Assembly (NCBI GenBank): GCA_016432365.1
Contig: CP066686.1
Coordinates: forward strand, 691,992-755,991
Source: Candidatus Woesebacteria bacterium
Lineage (GTDB): Bacteria; Patescibacteriota; Microgenomatia; UBA8517
Direction of reading: 5' to 3'
DNA: 64,000 bases
Under the pieces are notes generated by a model. The model was not told the DNA's origin. It ran no database searches and saw only the letters and a list, made by a program, of their open reading frames with translations. Position 1 is the stretch's first letter. Every line of letters begins with the position of its first letter. Positions 8,367 through 17,081 of the stretch are shown here, one piece after another. Both the position numbers and the translations under genes were made by a program.

Positions 8367-9141
8367 GATTTGAGGTAAGAATATTGTTCTTAGCAAGCAG
8401 GCAATAATCCTTGCTTAATTCATACCCAATACATTTTCTACCGAGGTCAACGGCTGCCAGAGCTGTTGTTCCGGATCCTAAGAATGGGTCTAAAATGGTC
8501 TCCGTTTTACAAGAATATAACTTGATTAACCTTTCCGGAATAATATAGGGAAAAGGAGCTGGATGTCCCTTTTGTCTAGAAACGGGTAGAGTCCAAACAC
8601 TCCATGCAACTTCCTTAATAAATTCCTCTGACAATTTATCGGTATCAATAGTTTTAAACTCGCCACTCTTTTGGAATAAATGGATAAATTCATGCTGAAT
8701 ATTGATGTTTGCGGAGCCGGGAAAAGGCTTACTCTTTAGGAATTGAGTAGTCCCTCTTTGCCACAAACCCTGAGTTCCTTTTGGTTTATGCCAAATAATT
8801 TCTTTCTTGAGTGTCATGCCTATTTCCTTAAAGATATTAATAACATCCATAGGTATATGTTTTAAATCACCATCGGATATTCTTGTTCCAATAACCATTG
8901 CGAAATATCTACCCGGCATGAGAACTCTATGGCTTTCTTCCAAAATAACACGCAATTTCTTAAGATAATCCTCATAACTCTGTCCAAGACCGATCTGACG
9001 ATTATGTTTATAGTTCTTTAGATCCCAATAAGGCGGACTTGTTACGATTAGCCCAATAGAATCGGACTTTATTTCAGCCATAGAACTACTGTCTTTGTTG
9101 TAAATTGTTAGATTATTATCGTTATAAAATTTTGTAGCCAT
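8359..9141 (-). CDS. Amino-DNA methyltransferase (beta-type order, probably m4C)
   Basis: TSPPY precedes HPAPFP and DPFLGSGTT. Confidence 0.92.
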   Translation of the reverse strand: MATKFYNDNNLTIYNKDSSSMAEIKSDSIGLIVTSPPYWDLKNYKHNRQIGLGQSYEDYLKKLRVILEESHRVLMPGRYFAMVIGTRISDGDLKHIPMDVINIFKEIGMTLKKEIIWHKPKGTQGLWQRGTTQFLKSKPFPGSANINIQHEFIHLFQKSGEFKTIDTDKLSEEFIKEVAWSVWTLPVSRQKGHPAPFPYIIPERLIKLYSCKTETILDPFLGSGTTALAAVDLGRKCIGYELSKDYCLLAKNNILTSNHE

Positions 9142-9562
9142 TATTTAAGATTTTCGCTTATAAACATAAGTTTACCAGTTAATAAGTTAACATAAATAGT
9201 CTCCAACTCATACCATCAGAAATATTCAAGAAAATTTAGAAAATATGTTTGGGGAGGGGAGAGAGACCCTAACCCTTACCCCCCTATTTTAAGGGGTATA
9301 CCCCCATATTTCGGATAGTCCCATAGAGAAAATATTTTATTAAAAGGTCTAATGGTTAGACTTTGGCCGGTGAAACGAACTTTAACGATGTTCAATTGGC
9401 CTGTAGATACTGAAATGTGTTCTTTAGAAGCTCTTTCTCGGTTCCTCCAACGGTTGTATAATAGGTTCTAAGATCGGACACTAACCGACCCCCGAGTCAA
9501 ACTCGGTTCCCCCGAGATTGATGAGGTGTCACGTATGACGTGACTTTTTGTAATATATCAAT

Positions 9563-9844
9563 ATGCCCGAAACGTCGGACGTTTCAAATAACAGATTCTA
9601 TGTGTATATTCTTTTCTCAAAGAAGGATAAAGGTTTATATATTGGATATACTAAAGACCTCAAAAATCGCCTAAGTCTTCATTCAAAAGGACAAGTCTAC
9701 TCAACAAGGAACCGACTTCCTGTCAGGTTGATCCATTATGAGTATTTTATTAATGAGCAGGATGCAAAATCTAGAGAAAAATATTTAAAAAGCGGATACG
9801 GTAGAACGAACTTCAAAGAAATGTTAAAAAGAACCCTAGCATAG
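9563..9844 (+). CDS. Stand-alone GIY-YIG nuclease
   Basis: FYVYIL...LYIGYTKDLKNRLSLH...YEYF...AKSREKYLKSGYGR. Confidence 0.92.
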   Translation: MPETSDVSNNRFYVYILFSKKDKGLYIGYTKDLKNRLSLHSKGQVYSTRNRLPVRLIHYEYFINEQDAKSREKYLKSGYGRTNFKEMLKRTLA

Positions 9845-9948
9845 AATCCATCCCGTCGACCACCCCAAGAACCTATAGTTGTTATATTAAATTAAATATG
9901 ATAAAATATCTCTGTGAGTAAAAATGATAACTACATTGTAAAAGTTCT

Positions 9949-10422
9949 TTGCGACAAGAGGCATCTTTCAGATGCTCTAATTGTCGTGTAATCCTCTCGG
10001 CAGACCCACTAGGTTCTAAACATAGAAATCATTGCCCACTTTGCCTGTGGTCTAAGCATGTTGACCTTTCTACTCCAGGAGACAGGAAGTCAGATTGTTG
10101 TGCAAGAATGCAACCAGTGGCAATAGCATTCAAGGATTACAGAATAAATCCGTTTACAAATAAAGGCAGCGGTGAACTGATGGTAATCCATCAGTGTTTG
10201 AATTGTGGCAAAATATCCCCAAACAGGATTGCTGGAGACGATAACGAATACCAGATTATGTCTATTCTGAATGAATCTATGAATTTGAGCAAGAACACGA
10301 TCATTCAAATCAAAAATATGGGGCTAGAGCCTATCACATCCTCAAATGAAGAAGAGGCTCTTATCTCGTTGTTTGGAATCAACTACAAAAATTGCATGAA
10401 AAACATTGTTGATTGGAAGTAA
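9949..10422 (+). CDS. RNHCP-domain protein (start uncertain)
   Basis: FRCSNC...HRNHCPLCLWSKHVD..PGDR..DC...HQCLNCG...NRIAGDD. Confidence 0.88.
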   Translation: MRQEASFRCSNCRVILSADPLGSKHRNHCPLCLWSKHVDLSTPGDRKSDCCARMQPVAIAFKDYRINPFTNKGSGELMVIHQCLNCGKISPNRIAGDDNEYQIMSILNESMNLSKNTIIQIKNMGLEPITSSNEEEALISLFGINYKNCMKNIVDWK

Positions 10423-10550
10423 GAAGTGGAGTCTTAAATACGTGACAATAGGGTGATTTAGGGTCACAGTTGGTTCGAACATGATTTGCCAGACCACCCC
10501 AAATAGCCAAAATTATTGACTTTACTATCAACTTAATAGAATATTAAATT

Positions 10551-11309
10551 ATGAGACAAAAAGGCCTTGTTTTACTTCCAATAGCAATAATTATAACTTT
10601 GGTTGGTGTCGTAGGTTATTTGGTTTACCAAAATACTCAATTACAAAATAATATCAGAGGGTCAACATCTCCAACCACGGTTTCAACAACGAGTTCACCG
10701 CAACCTACCTTAACCCCGAGTGCAATAGAAGCAAAATTATATTTATTTAAATTTAAATTAAAATCCAGCAACAACCTTCCTCCGATTCCTGACTTGCCCG
10801 ATGCAAAATTTAACAGCTTGTCAGATTACCTCAGTGGTGTTTTAGGCCTTCCAAGTAAGTCTATTTCCAATCTAACATATGACACAAGAAGCCCCTCTCC
10901 TTATGGGCAGGATGGAGCAGTTTGGAGTTTACCTTTTTATGCTATTTTAAACCAACCGGTGAGATTAAATGACACTTATACTGACCAATATTTAACTGTT
11001 TACCCCCAAGTTGTTGACGACGCAATTCTTCCTTACTTAATTAAGGCTGACTATTGTGAAAAAGATTCTGATTGTTCTGTGCGCGCAAATATGTGCACAC
11101 TTGGTGCCTTTAATTATTATCAAAAATATCAGGATCCGCCTTGGGGCTGCGGTCCTGCTGGGTATAAGCCTGAATACAGCTGGTATGAGTATGGTGTGGT
11201 AGATGAAAAACTAAATTGTGCTTATGAACTTAAGTTTGACGGCGCAAAATGCACAAACAACCAGTGTACAGAAACAGGGTTTAAAAAAGTTTGCATAGAC
11301 GCGATATAA
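10551..11309 (+). CDS. Membrane-anchored exported protein with pilin-like N-terminus and Cys-rich C-terminus
   Basis: MRQKG|LVLLPI... hydrophobic helix, S/T/P linker, C-terminal CxxDxDC motif. Confidence 0.65.
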   Translation: MRQKGLVLLPIAIIITLVGVVGYLVYQNTQLQNNIRGSTSPTTVSTTSSPQPTLTPSAIEAKLYLFKFKLKSSNNLPPIPDLPDAKFNSLSDYLSGVLGLPSKSISNLTYDTRSPSPYGQDGAVWSLPFYAILNQPVRLNDTYTDQYLTVYPQVVDDAILPYLIKADYCEKDSDCSVRANMCTLGAFNYYQKYQDPPWGCGPAGYKPEYSWYEYGVVDEKLNCAYELKFDGAKCTNNQCTETGFKKVCIDAI

Positions 11310-11355
11310 CAAAGCCCCCCCAATTCATATTTTGAGCATTTGATATAATTTTCTA

Positions 11356-12039
11356 ATGCAAGTAAAAATACTTTCTTGGAATATTTGGATTGATAGTTAT
11401 TTCGACCAGATAAAAGATTTTCTAAAGAAATGTGATGCAGATATTATCGGTCTTCAAGAAGTTAGAGAGGATGATCCCACCAGAGAAACAATTAAATATC
11501 TGGACTCGCTAGGTTACAAGTATGTGTTTGCACCAACTGAGAAAAACTGGGGAAAAGAAGTTTGGAGCGATGGACCGGCAGTTTTCACTAAACATAATTT
11601 AGTTTCAAGTAGGAAATATATATTGCCAGACAATCGTGCTTTAGTTCAAGCAGATATTAAACTTGCCGACAAGGTAACACTTTTTTTTAGCACCCATCTG
11701 ACCCATACTCACCAAAAAGATTCTGATATTCAATTGCAACAAGTTCAAGAACTTTTAAAGCACATCCCTTCTGAAAGATCCGTCTTAATGGGAGACTTTA
11801 ATGCAACTCCAAGAAGCAGCACCATCCAAGAAGTTAAAGCTCAATTGGTAGATACCGATTCGAAAGACTTGCCAACATGGAGTGTTTATCCCGAAGGTTG
11901 CATTTCATGTAAACCACAAGAGTTAGATATTCGGTTAGATTATATATTTACAACGAAAGACATAAAAACACATTCTTATAAAGTTGAGGACTCAAAGGGT
12001 TCTGACCACCTTCCAATTTCAGTAATTGTTGAACTATAA
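11356..12039 (+). CDS. Endonuclease/exonuclease/phosphatase (EEP) family protein
   Basis: SWNI, DIIGLQE, THL, MGDFNA, RLDYIF, GSDHLP. Confidence 0.93.
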   Translation: MQVKILSWNIWIDSYFDQIKDFLKKCDADIIGLQEVREDDPTRETIKYLDSLGYKYVFAPTEKNWGKEVWSDGPAVFTKHNLVSSRKYILPDNRALVQADIKLADKVTLFFSTHLTHTHQKDSDIQLQQVQELLKHIPSERSVLMGDFNATPRSSTIQEVKAQLVDTDSKDLPTWSVYPEGCISCKPQELDIRLDYIFTTKDIKTHSYKVEDSKGSDHLPISVIVEL

Positions 12040-12085
12040 CAACGAGGTAAAACTGTGTTAACAAAATTCAATTTGTTTGAAAATC

Positions 12086-12916
12086 TTAAGCTATTTTGAT
12101 TGATCTTTTGGAGTAATCGGAAGTATCGATTAGATCCTTTTGTTTCTTTATCTGATCAATTATAAAGTTGGCACAGGGCCTTATTATATCTTTTATATCC
12201 TCCCAATTTTCCTCCTCTTTACCCAATAAAACTGACTTAGCTTTTTCTAAAACGGGTTTGTATTCAACTGGCAACTTATCAACTGCCCAGCTTGCTGCAT
12301 CGGATTTAGATCTGATTTCATCGGTCTCAATTGTGCTCCAAACTCTAGCCAGTGTCAGAAGAACATTTCTTGTATCCCAATCTATGTCACCAATCAGACC
12401 ATCAACTTCTTTCGTTGTTGCAGATACGAAATCTTTATAAGGGACAGGATCAAGCAGTTGGGTGGGGGGAAGGCCGAATAGAACTTTGTTTGAGAGTAAG
12501 AGCTGTGTTATGACTAAAGCAAGATTGGAAAGTTCCTTAGTTGGCCAGGGTTCAACTTTCCCAGCTTCAAAATCTTTTCGCATCCAATCACCATACATAA
12601 AATCAAATTTTGGTGGGTATTTCCATGGATTGATTTCGGACTTAACCACAATAGTTAACTCAATGGGTTTAAGGTCTTTGCTGACAGCATAGACACCCGA
12701 AATTTTAAGTAGTGCTTTTTCCAGCTGCTCCTTTTCCTGATGTGTCGTTGCCCTGTTAGAAATTGCAAACAAGTCAATGTCACTGAATTTTTGTAGTCCT
12801 CCTAATAGCGACGAACCATATAAATAAAAACCCAGAAGGTCGTTACCAAAAATACTTTTAAGTAATTCAATGCAGTCATTAATTTGTTGTTTAATTACTT
12901 TATCGTTTGCTTCCAT
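12086..12916 (-). CDS. Aminoglycoside adenylyltransferase, ANT(3'')/ANT(9) (AadA/Spc-like)
   Basis: YLYGSSLLGGLQKFSDIDL, PIELTIV, PWKYPPKFDFMYGDW, DTRNVLLTLARVW, SKSDAASWA. Confidence 0.88.
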   Translation of the reverse strand: MEANDKVIKQQINDCIELLKSIFGNDLLGFYLYGSSLLGGLQKFSDIDLFAISNRATTHQEKEQLEKALLKISGVYAVSKDLKPIELTIVVKSEINPWKYPPKFDFMYGDWMRKDFEAGKVEPWPTKELSNLALVITQLLLSNKVLFGLPPTQLLDPVPYKDFVSATTKEVDGLIGDIDWDTRNVLLTLARVWSTIETDEIRSKSDAASWAVDKLPVEYKPVLEKAKSVLLGKEEENWEDIKDIIRPCANFIIDQIKKQKDLIDTSDYSKRSIKIA

Positions 12917-12984
12917 TTGACTAGTATATCAAAGCGTTTGTTAGATTTGACTAAATGGGCATTGTTCACCAATCGATCAAAGAG

Positions 12985-13593
12985 TTAAATTTTTACTTTT
13001 TGAACAAATTCCAGTAAAGGTTTACCGATCGCTTTTTGCCAAAATAAGTCTTGATCCTTTTGGGTCATTTCCGAAATATACTTTTCGCTATCTGGCTCAA
13101 TTTGAATAGATTCAAGCGGGTAACCTTCAACCATTGTTTTACTGGGTACACTAACAAATGTACGAGGTGATTTGATAACTGTCTCTTCATATTCTCCATC
13201 AGGGTTTGCAATACAAACGCCAAATTCCCAGTACCCAATTATTCTTTCTCCCAATTCTCTAATTAATTTTGAATAATATTTAAGCATTTGTTCGTCTGTT
13301 GGTCTTTCGTTACTCCCACTGATTCTTCTTACATTTAATCCTGGTTGTTTTTCGGCAGGTAGACCCTCCAGATATAAAGCATTATCCATTGAAAAAATTG
13401 TTCTCCCTAATGCTTTGGCGTAGGTAATAGATTTCTTCCTCGCATTTTCTGAAGCTGTTATTCCATCTTCTGCAACCTCCGGAAGTGTACGTTTGTCTTT
13501 AACACCTTCAACCACTATCCCTGCCGAAGCTAATGCACCGCGCACTTGATTAATTTTTGCTTCATTCGTTGTACCAAATAAAATTTTCTTCAT
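12985..13593 (-). CDS. Ham1/ITPase-family NTP pyrophosphatase (divergent)
   Basis: ILFGTTNEAK...VAEDGITASENARKKS...MDNALY...PG. Confidence 0.82.
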   Translation of the reverse strand: MKKILFGTTNEAKINQVRGALASAGIVVEGVKDKRTLPEVAEDGITASENARKKSITYAKALGRTIFSMDNALYLEGLPAEKQPGLNVRRISGSNERPTDEQMLKYYSKLIRELGERIIGYWEFGVCIANPDGEYEETVIKSPRTFVSVPSKTMVEGYPLESIQIEPDSEKYISEMTQKDQDLFWQKAIGKPLLEFVQKVKI

Positions 13594-13610
13594 TTGAAAA
13601 AAGGTCATAA

Positions 13611-14255
13611 TTACTCAAAATACCTTCCCTTGGTTTTTAGTACAAAAATTAAAGCCACTACCGATAAAACTATTGTCAAAATTATATTTTTCCCGGAAAA
13701 AATGTTGTTAGCTAGGAGAAAAGACGGAACACCCACAACAATATGTGACAAAGTAGCACCTATTAAAAATTTGCCAAAGGGAATTTTTAAAAAACCGGCG
13801 CCATAATATACTGCTTCTAAAATCGTGCTCCCCAGGAGAACTCTAAACATAAAGACTGCTTCGATTTCTTTTCCTTTCTTAACTTTTGTATTTGTAATTT
13901 TCTCTATTGTTGTTGCGTCGAATAATTTCCCTAGTATCTTTTTCCCATACTTATTGCCTAGCCAATAAGCTACCATTCCGCCGGCAATACTTCCTGCCAT
14001 ATCCACCAAATAAGCTCCAAACCATCCCAGAAACGGAATTGATGCTAACGTAACAACTCCGGCGGGGATGGGAGGAAACAATACACCGATTGATTTATAT
14101 ACAAACAGTGCAACAACATACAATACAATATTAGTTTTTACCCAAGCATCAACTATTGGAAAGTAAGAAGATTTAAAAAACCAATTGGTAAAAAATAAAA
14201 AGGCTGCGAAGAAAAAAAGCAAGATAGCCCAATATCGAATAGATTCCTTTTTCAT
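13611..14255 (-). CDS. VTT/TVP38 (DedA superfamily) membrane protein
   Basis: PPIPAGVVTLA..FLGWFG...GSIAGGMVAYWLG...FR...YGAG. Confidence 0.85.
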   Translation of the reverse strand: MKKESIRYWAILLFFFAAFLFFTNWFFKSSYFPIVDAWVKTNIVLYVVALFVYKSIGVLFPPIPAGVVTLASIPFLGWFGAYLVDMAGSIAGGMVAYWLGNKYGKKILGKLFDATTIEKITNTKVKKGKEIEAVFMFRVLLGSTILEAVYYGAGFLKIPFGKFLIGATLSHIVVGVPSFLLANNIFSGKNIILTIVLSVVALIFVLKTKGRYFE

Positions 14256-14311
14256 TTATTGAATTTTAATTGACTAGGCATTAAGAAGCAAATAGAAATA
14301 GAGGCAGAAAT

Positions 14312-14953
14312 CTAGCTGTTTTTCTTAAGCATTTCTTTCAGAAACTCACTTGAGGAAGTTGTGACCCCATACATTTTTGGGAACGTAAAGTCTATTAATA
14401 GTTTTTGGAGATTTTGCCTTATTTTGAGGTCGGTCGTTTCAACCAGATCTTTAAGAATTACAAAGTTGTAACCTCTCGAAAAGCCATTTATCACAGTTGA
14501 AAGTACACAGCCATCCGTGAATATTCCGGTTATCACGATATATTTAATTTTATTTTCAATTAATTTATTGGCAAACTCACTATTTGTAAACGCGTCATAG
14601 GTATTTTTGGCTATGATAAAGTCTTTTTTTGCAATTTCAACAGAATTAAATTCTTCTTCAAATCCGCTGGAATTATCTGAGTAGTATGTTGCGTGGGGAT
14701 CTTTGTATAATTCTTGTAAATTTTCAGGTAAATAGTCCCTTGTCCAGGGTGATGTTGTAGTGATCATAACTAAGCCCCCTATTTTTTTGCGATATTCTTT
14801 TATAAACCTATTAAGTCTTGGAAGCATTTTACGTATCTTTGAAAAATGTATGTCCCATTCTGGTATTTCACACTTCTCATGGGCGCAGGAGTTTATAGGA
14901 TCAATGACAACTAAGGCGGTGTTGTTTTTGTTCAGACCTTTGTAAATACACAT
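14312..14953 (-). CDS. Isochorismatase-family cysteine hydrolase
   Basis: TALVVID, KNTYDAF, ITGIFTDGCVLST. Confidence 0.9.
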   Translation of the reverse strand: MCIYKGLNKNNTALVVIDPINSCAHEKCEIPEWDIHFSKIRKMLPRLNRFIKEYRKKIGGLVMITTTSPWTRDYLPENLQELYKDPHATYYSDNSSGFEEEFNSVEIAKKDFIIAKNTYDAFTNSEFANKLIENKIKYIVITGIFTDGCVLSTVINGFSRGYNFVILKDLVETTDLKIRQNLQKLLIDFTFPKMYGVTTSSSEFLKEMLKKNS

Positions 14954-14955
14954 AT

Positions 14956-15933
14956 TTAATAAAACTTTTCGTTTAAGCCTCTAAATTCTCGTATAGATTT
15001 TCCATAATCAGATTTAATCTTTTGCTCTAGAACATTGTATGCTTCATCAATTTCTGAAAGAGTTTCTTTACTTAATTCTATATCGTTGGCTTTGAGGTTA
15101 ATTTCCAAATATTTAGGTTTAGTAGTACCTACAATAATAAAGTCTATGAACGGTTGTTGCAGAGCCCAAGCAATGTTCAGTTGGCCAATTGTGATTCCAA
15201 GTTTTTTGGCAATAGGGGCTAGAGAGTTTCTAACCCATTCAAAAATAACTTTTTGGTTTTCTTGATTCCAATATGGAACTTTATTTCTTAAATCAGTTTC
15301 ACTTAGCTTAAAATTCTCAAAGGCAATCCCGGTTAAAAGTCCGATTTCTAATAAATGGTAAGGAATCAAAGATATTTTGTTATTCAAGAGGTATTCTTCT
15401 AGTTCTGACGAAATACTATGGTTAATCATACTAAAGCTATTTTCAACATACCTAATCTTTCCGGTCTTGTTGTATTCCATTAGTTCATTCAGATTGACGT
15501 TGGAAACCGCAAGTTCCTTGACCTTACCATCGTTTTGAAGTTTTTCCATAGCTCTTAGAGTTTCTTCAATTGGGACATCTTTGTCTGGTGAATGAACCAT
15601 CAAACAATCAACATAATCCAAACCAAGTCTGCTTAGTGAGTTATCTATTTGTTTTACAACATCTTCATACTTACCGCTTTTGAATAGTTGGCCATACTCG
15701 TCCACGTGTTTGACAGTCTTTGTAATCAGATAAAATTTCTCTCTTGGAACTGATTTGAAAACTTTACCAAGAATTTTCTCGATTTCCCCATTTCCATAAA
15801 GTGGAGCCGTATCTATATAACACCCACCTTCGTCAATAAATTTTCTTACTAACTTTTCGGCTTCGTTTGGAGTAATTGGATTAAAAACACTTGAGAGAGG
15901 AAAGGTACCTAGGCCAACTTTGTTGTGAGTCAT
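14956..15933 (-). CDS. Aldo/keto reductase
   Basis: GLGT, IDTAPLYG, ITKT, SLSRLGLDYVD, VHSPD, AVSN. Confidence 0.93.
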   Translation of the reverse strand: MTHNKVGLGTFPLSSVFNPITPNEAEKLVRKFIDEGGCYIDTAPLYGNGEIEKILGKVFKSVPREKFYLITKTVKHVDEYGQLFKSGKYEDVVKQIDNSLSRLGLDYVDCLMVHSPDKDVPIEETLRAMEKLQNDGKVKELAVSNVNLNELMEYNKTGKIRYVENSFSMINHSISSELEEYLLNNKISLIPYHLLEIGLLTGIAFENFKLSETDLRNKVPYWNQENQKVIFEWVRNSLAPIAKKLGITIGQLNIAWALQQPFIDFIIVGTTKPKYLEINLKANDIELSKETLSEIDEAYNVLEQKIKSDYGKSIREFRGLNEKFY

Positions 15934-16117
15934 GGCTCAATTTTAATTCACAGCCTATCAAGAAGCAATGAATACATATCCCGAGATGTAGATTTTTAAG
16001 ATTTCTCGGAGGTGGAAGAGTTTGTAGATATTTCCATACCGGGTTAGTTGGGGTATAATCTCAATTGATGAAAATACAAATTTCCGAGCTGAGAAAAACA
16101 GTTCTAACAATCTGAAT

Positions 16118-17050
16118 GTGAATATTTATTTAATTGCAGACAAAAAAAGAACAGACAAAGTAATAGACAAACTCTCGAAGGAAGGAAAAGTTACAGTAGT
16201 CCAACAGCTAGAGGACATAGTCTCCTTTAATGATCCTGATGAAAAGGTAATTGGTGTTGCTCCAGGTTTGGTTGATTGGAAACTACCCAGAGAGGAATTG
16301 GAGAAGATCAAAAATATTAAGGGGATTTGCACACTTTCGGCATGGGCACAGTGGATTGATTTGGAATATTGTAAGCAAAACAATATTTTGGTGGCTAATA
16401 CTCCCGGGGCAAATTCACAATCAGTTGCCGAATACGCAATTTGGATGATGTTTTCACTTGCAAGAAAACTGTCTCTTCAAATTGCCGAAAACTTTGAGAC
16501 TCACGATGACGAAATTCATTACCAATCTGAAATACTGGGAAAGACAATGGGTATAGTTGGGTTAGGAAATATTGGGGGTAGAATTGCCAAAATGGGCAAG
16601 GGGCTGGGGATGAATGTTATCTATTGGAGCCCTAAATCCAGAAATGATGACTATCGGTACACAGAGCTTACTGATCTTCTTAAGGAATCTGACTATGTTT
16701 TCAATTGTGTGGAAACTTACCAAAAAACCAAGAACCTTTTTGATAGAGACAAACTATTCTTAATGAAAAAAACGGCATGTTTTATTAGTGTCCTTGGCGG
16801 AATGGGATATGGTCAGGAAGATGACAATTACATAATTGAAGCTGTTAATAAAGGTAACTTGGGAGGTTTCGCTGTTGAAGGAGAGCACGAGAAGAGTTTT
16901 GTTATGACAGATATCAAAAGCGGGAGCAATATTTTCGTTTCTGGCAATTACGCATATTACACCTTAGAGGCCGAAACTCGATCTTTAGAAAAATGGGTAA
17001 AGGCAATAGCAGGAGTCATTACGCAAAATTATAAGTACTTAGTTCATTAG
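16118..17050 (+). CDS. D-isomer-specific 2-hydroxyacid dehydrogenase family (divergent)
   Basis: VANTPGANSQSVAEY, GKTMGIVGLGNIGGRIA. Confidence 0.88.
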   Translation: MNIYLIADKKRTDKVIDKLSKEGKVTVVQQLEDIVSFNDPDEKVIGVAPGLVDWKLPREELEKIKNIKGICTLSAWAQWIDLEYCKQNNILVANTPGANSQSVAEYAIWMMFSLARKLSLQIAENFETHDDEIHYQSEILGKTMGIVGLGNIGGRIAKMGKGLGMNVIYWSPKSRNDDYRYTELTDLLKESDYVFNCVETYQKTKNLFDRDKLFLMKKTACFISVLGGMGYGQEDDNYIIEAVNKGNLGGFAVEGEHEKSFVMTDIKSGSNIFVSGNYAYYTLEAETRSLEKWVKAIAGVITQNYKYLVH

Positions 17051-17081
17051 AATTTCGTTCTAATCGAAAATACGGCCAAAA

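Larger units (their letters stand above)
1..9870. mobile_element. Integrated serine-recombinase element (prophage remnant / satellite-like island) carrying R-M cargo; right boundary approximate
   Basis: Recombinase with co-oriented small phage-like genes, XRE regulator and R-M cargo. A tRNA-3'-like fragment at 9844-9868 may be an att remnant. The left end is outside the window. Confidence 0.65.

Noticed and set aside
9250-9515. tmRNA on the minus strand (starts GGGGGAACCGAGTTTGAC)
   Set aside because: No proper T-arm or matching acceptor end, too short, and no convincing tag peptide; better explained as plus-strand hairpins
14262-15968. Repeat AATTTTAATT...AAGAAGCAA upstream of two genes
   Set aside because: Reads on the minus strand as ordinary TTGCTT...TAAAAT sigma70 promoters
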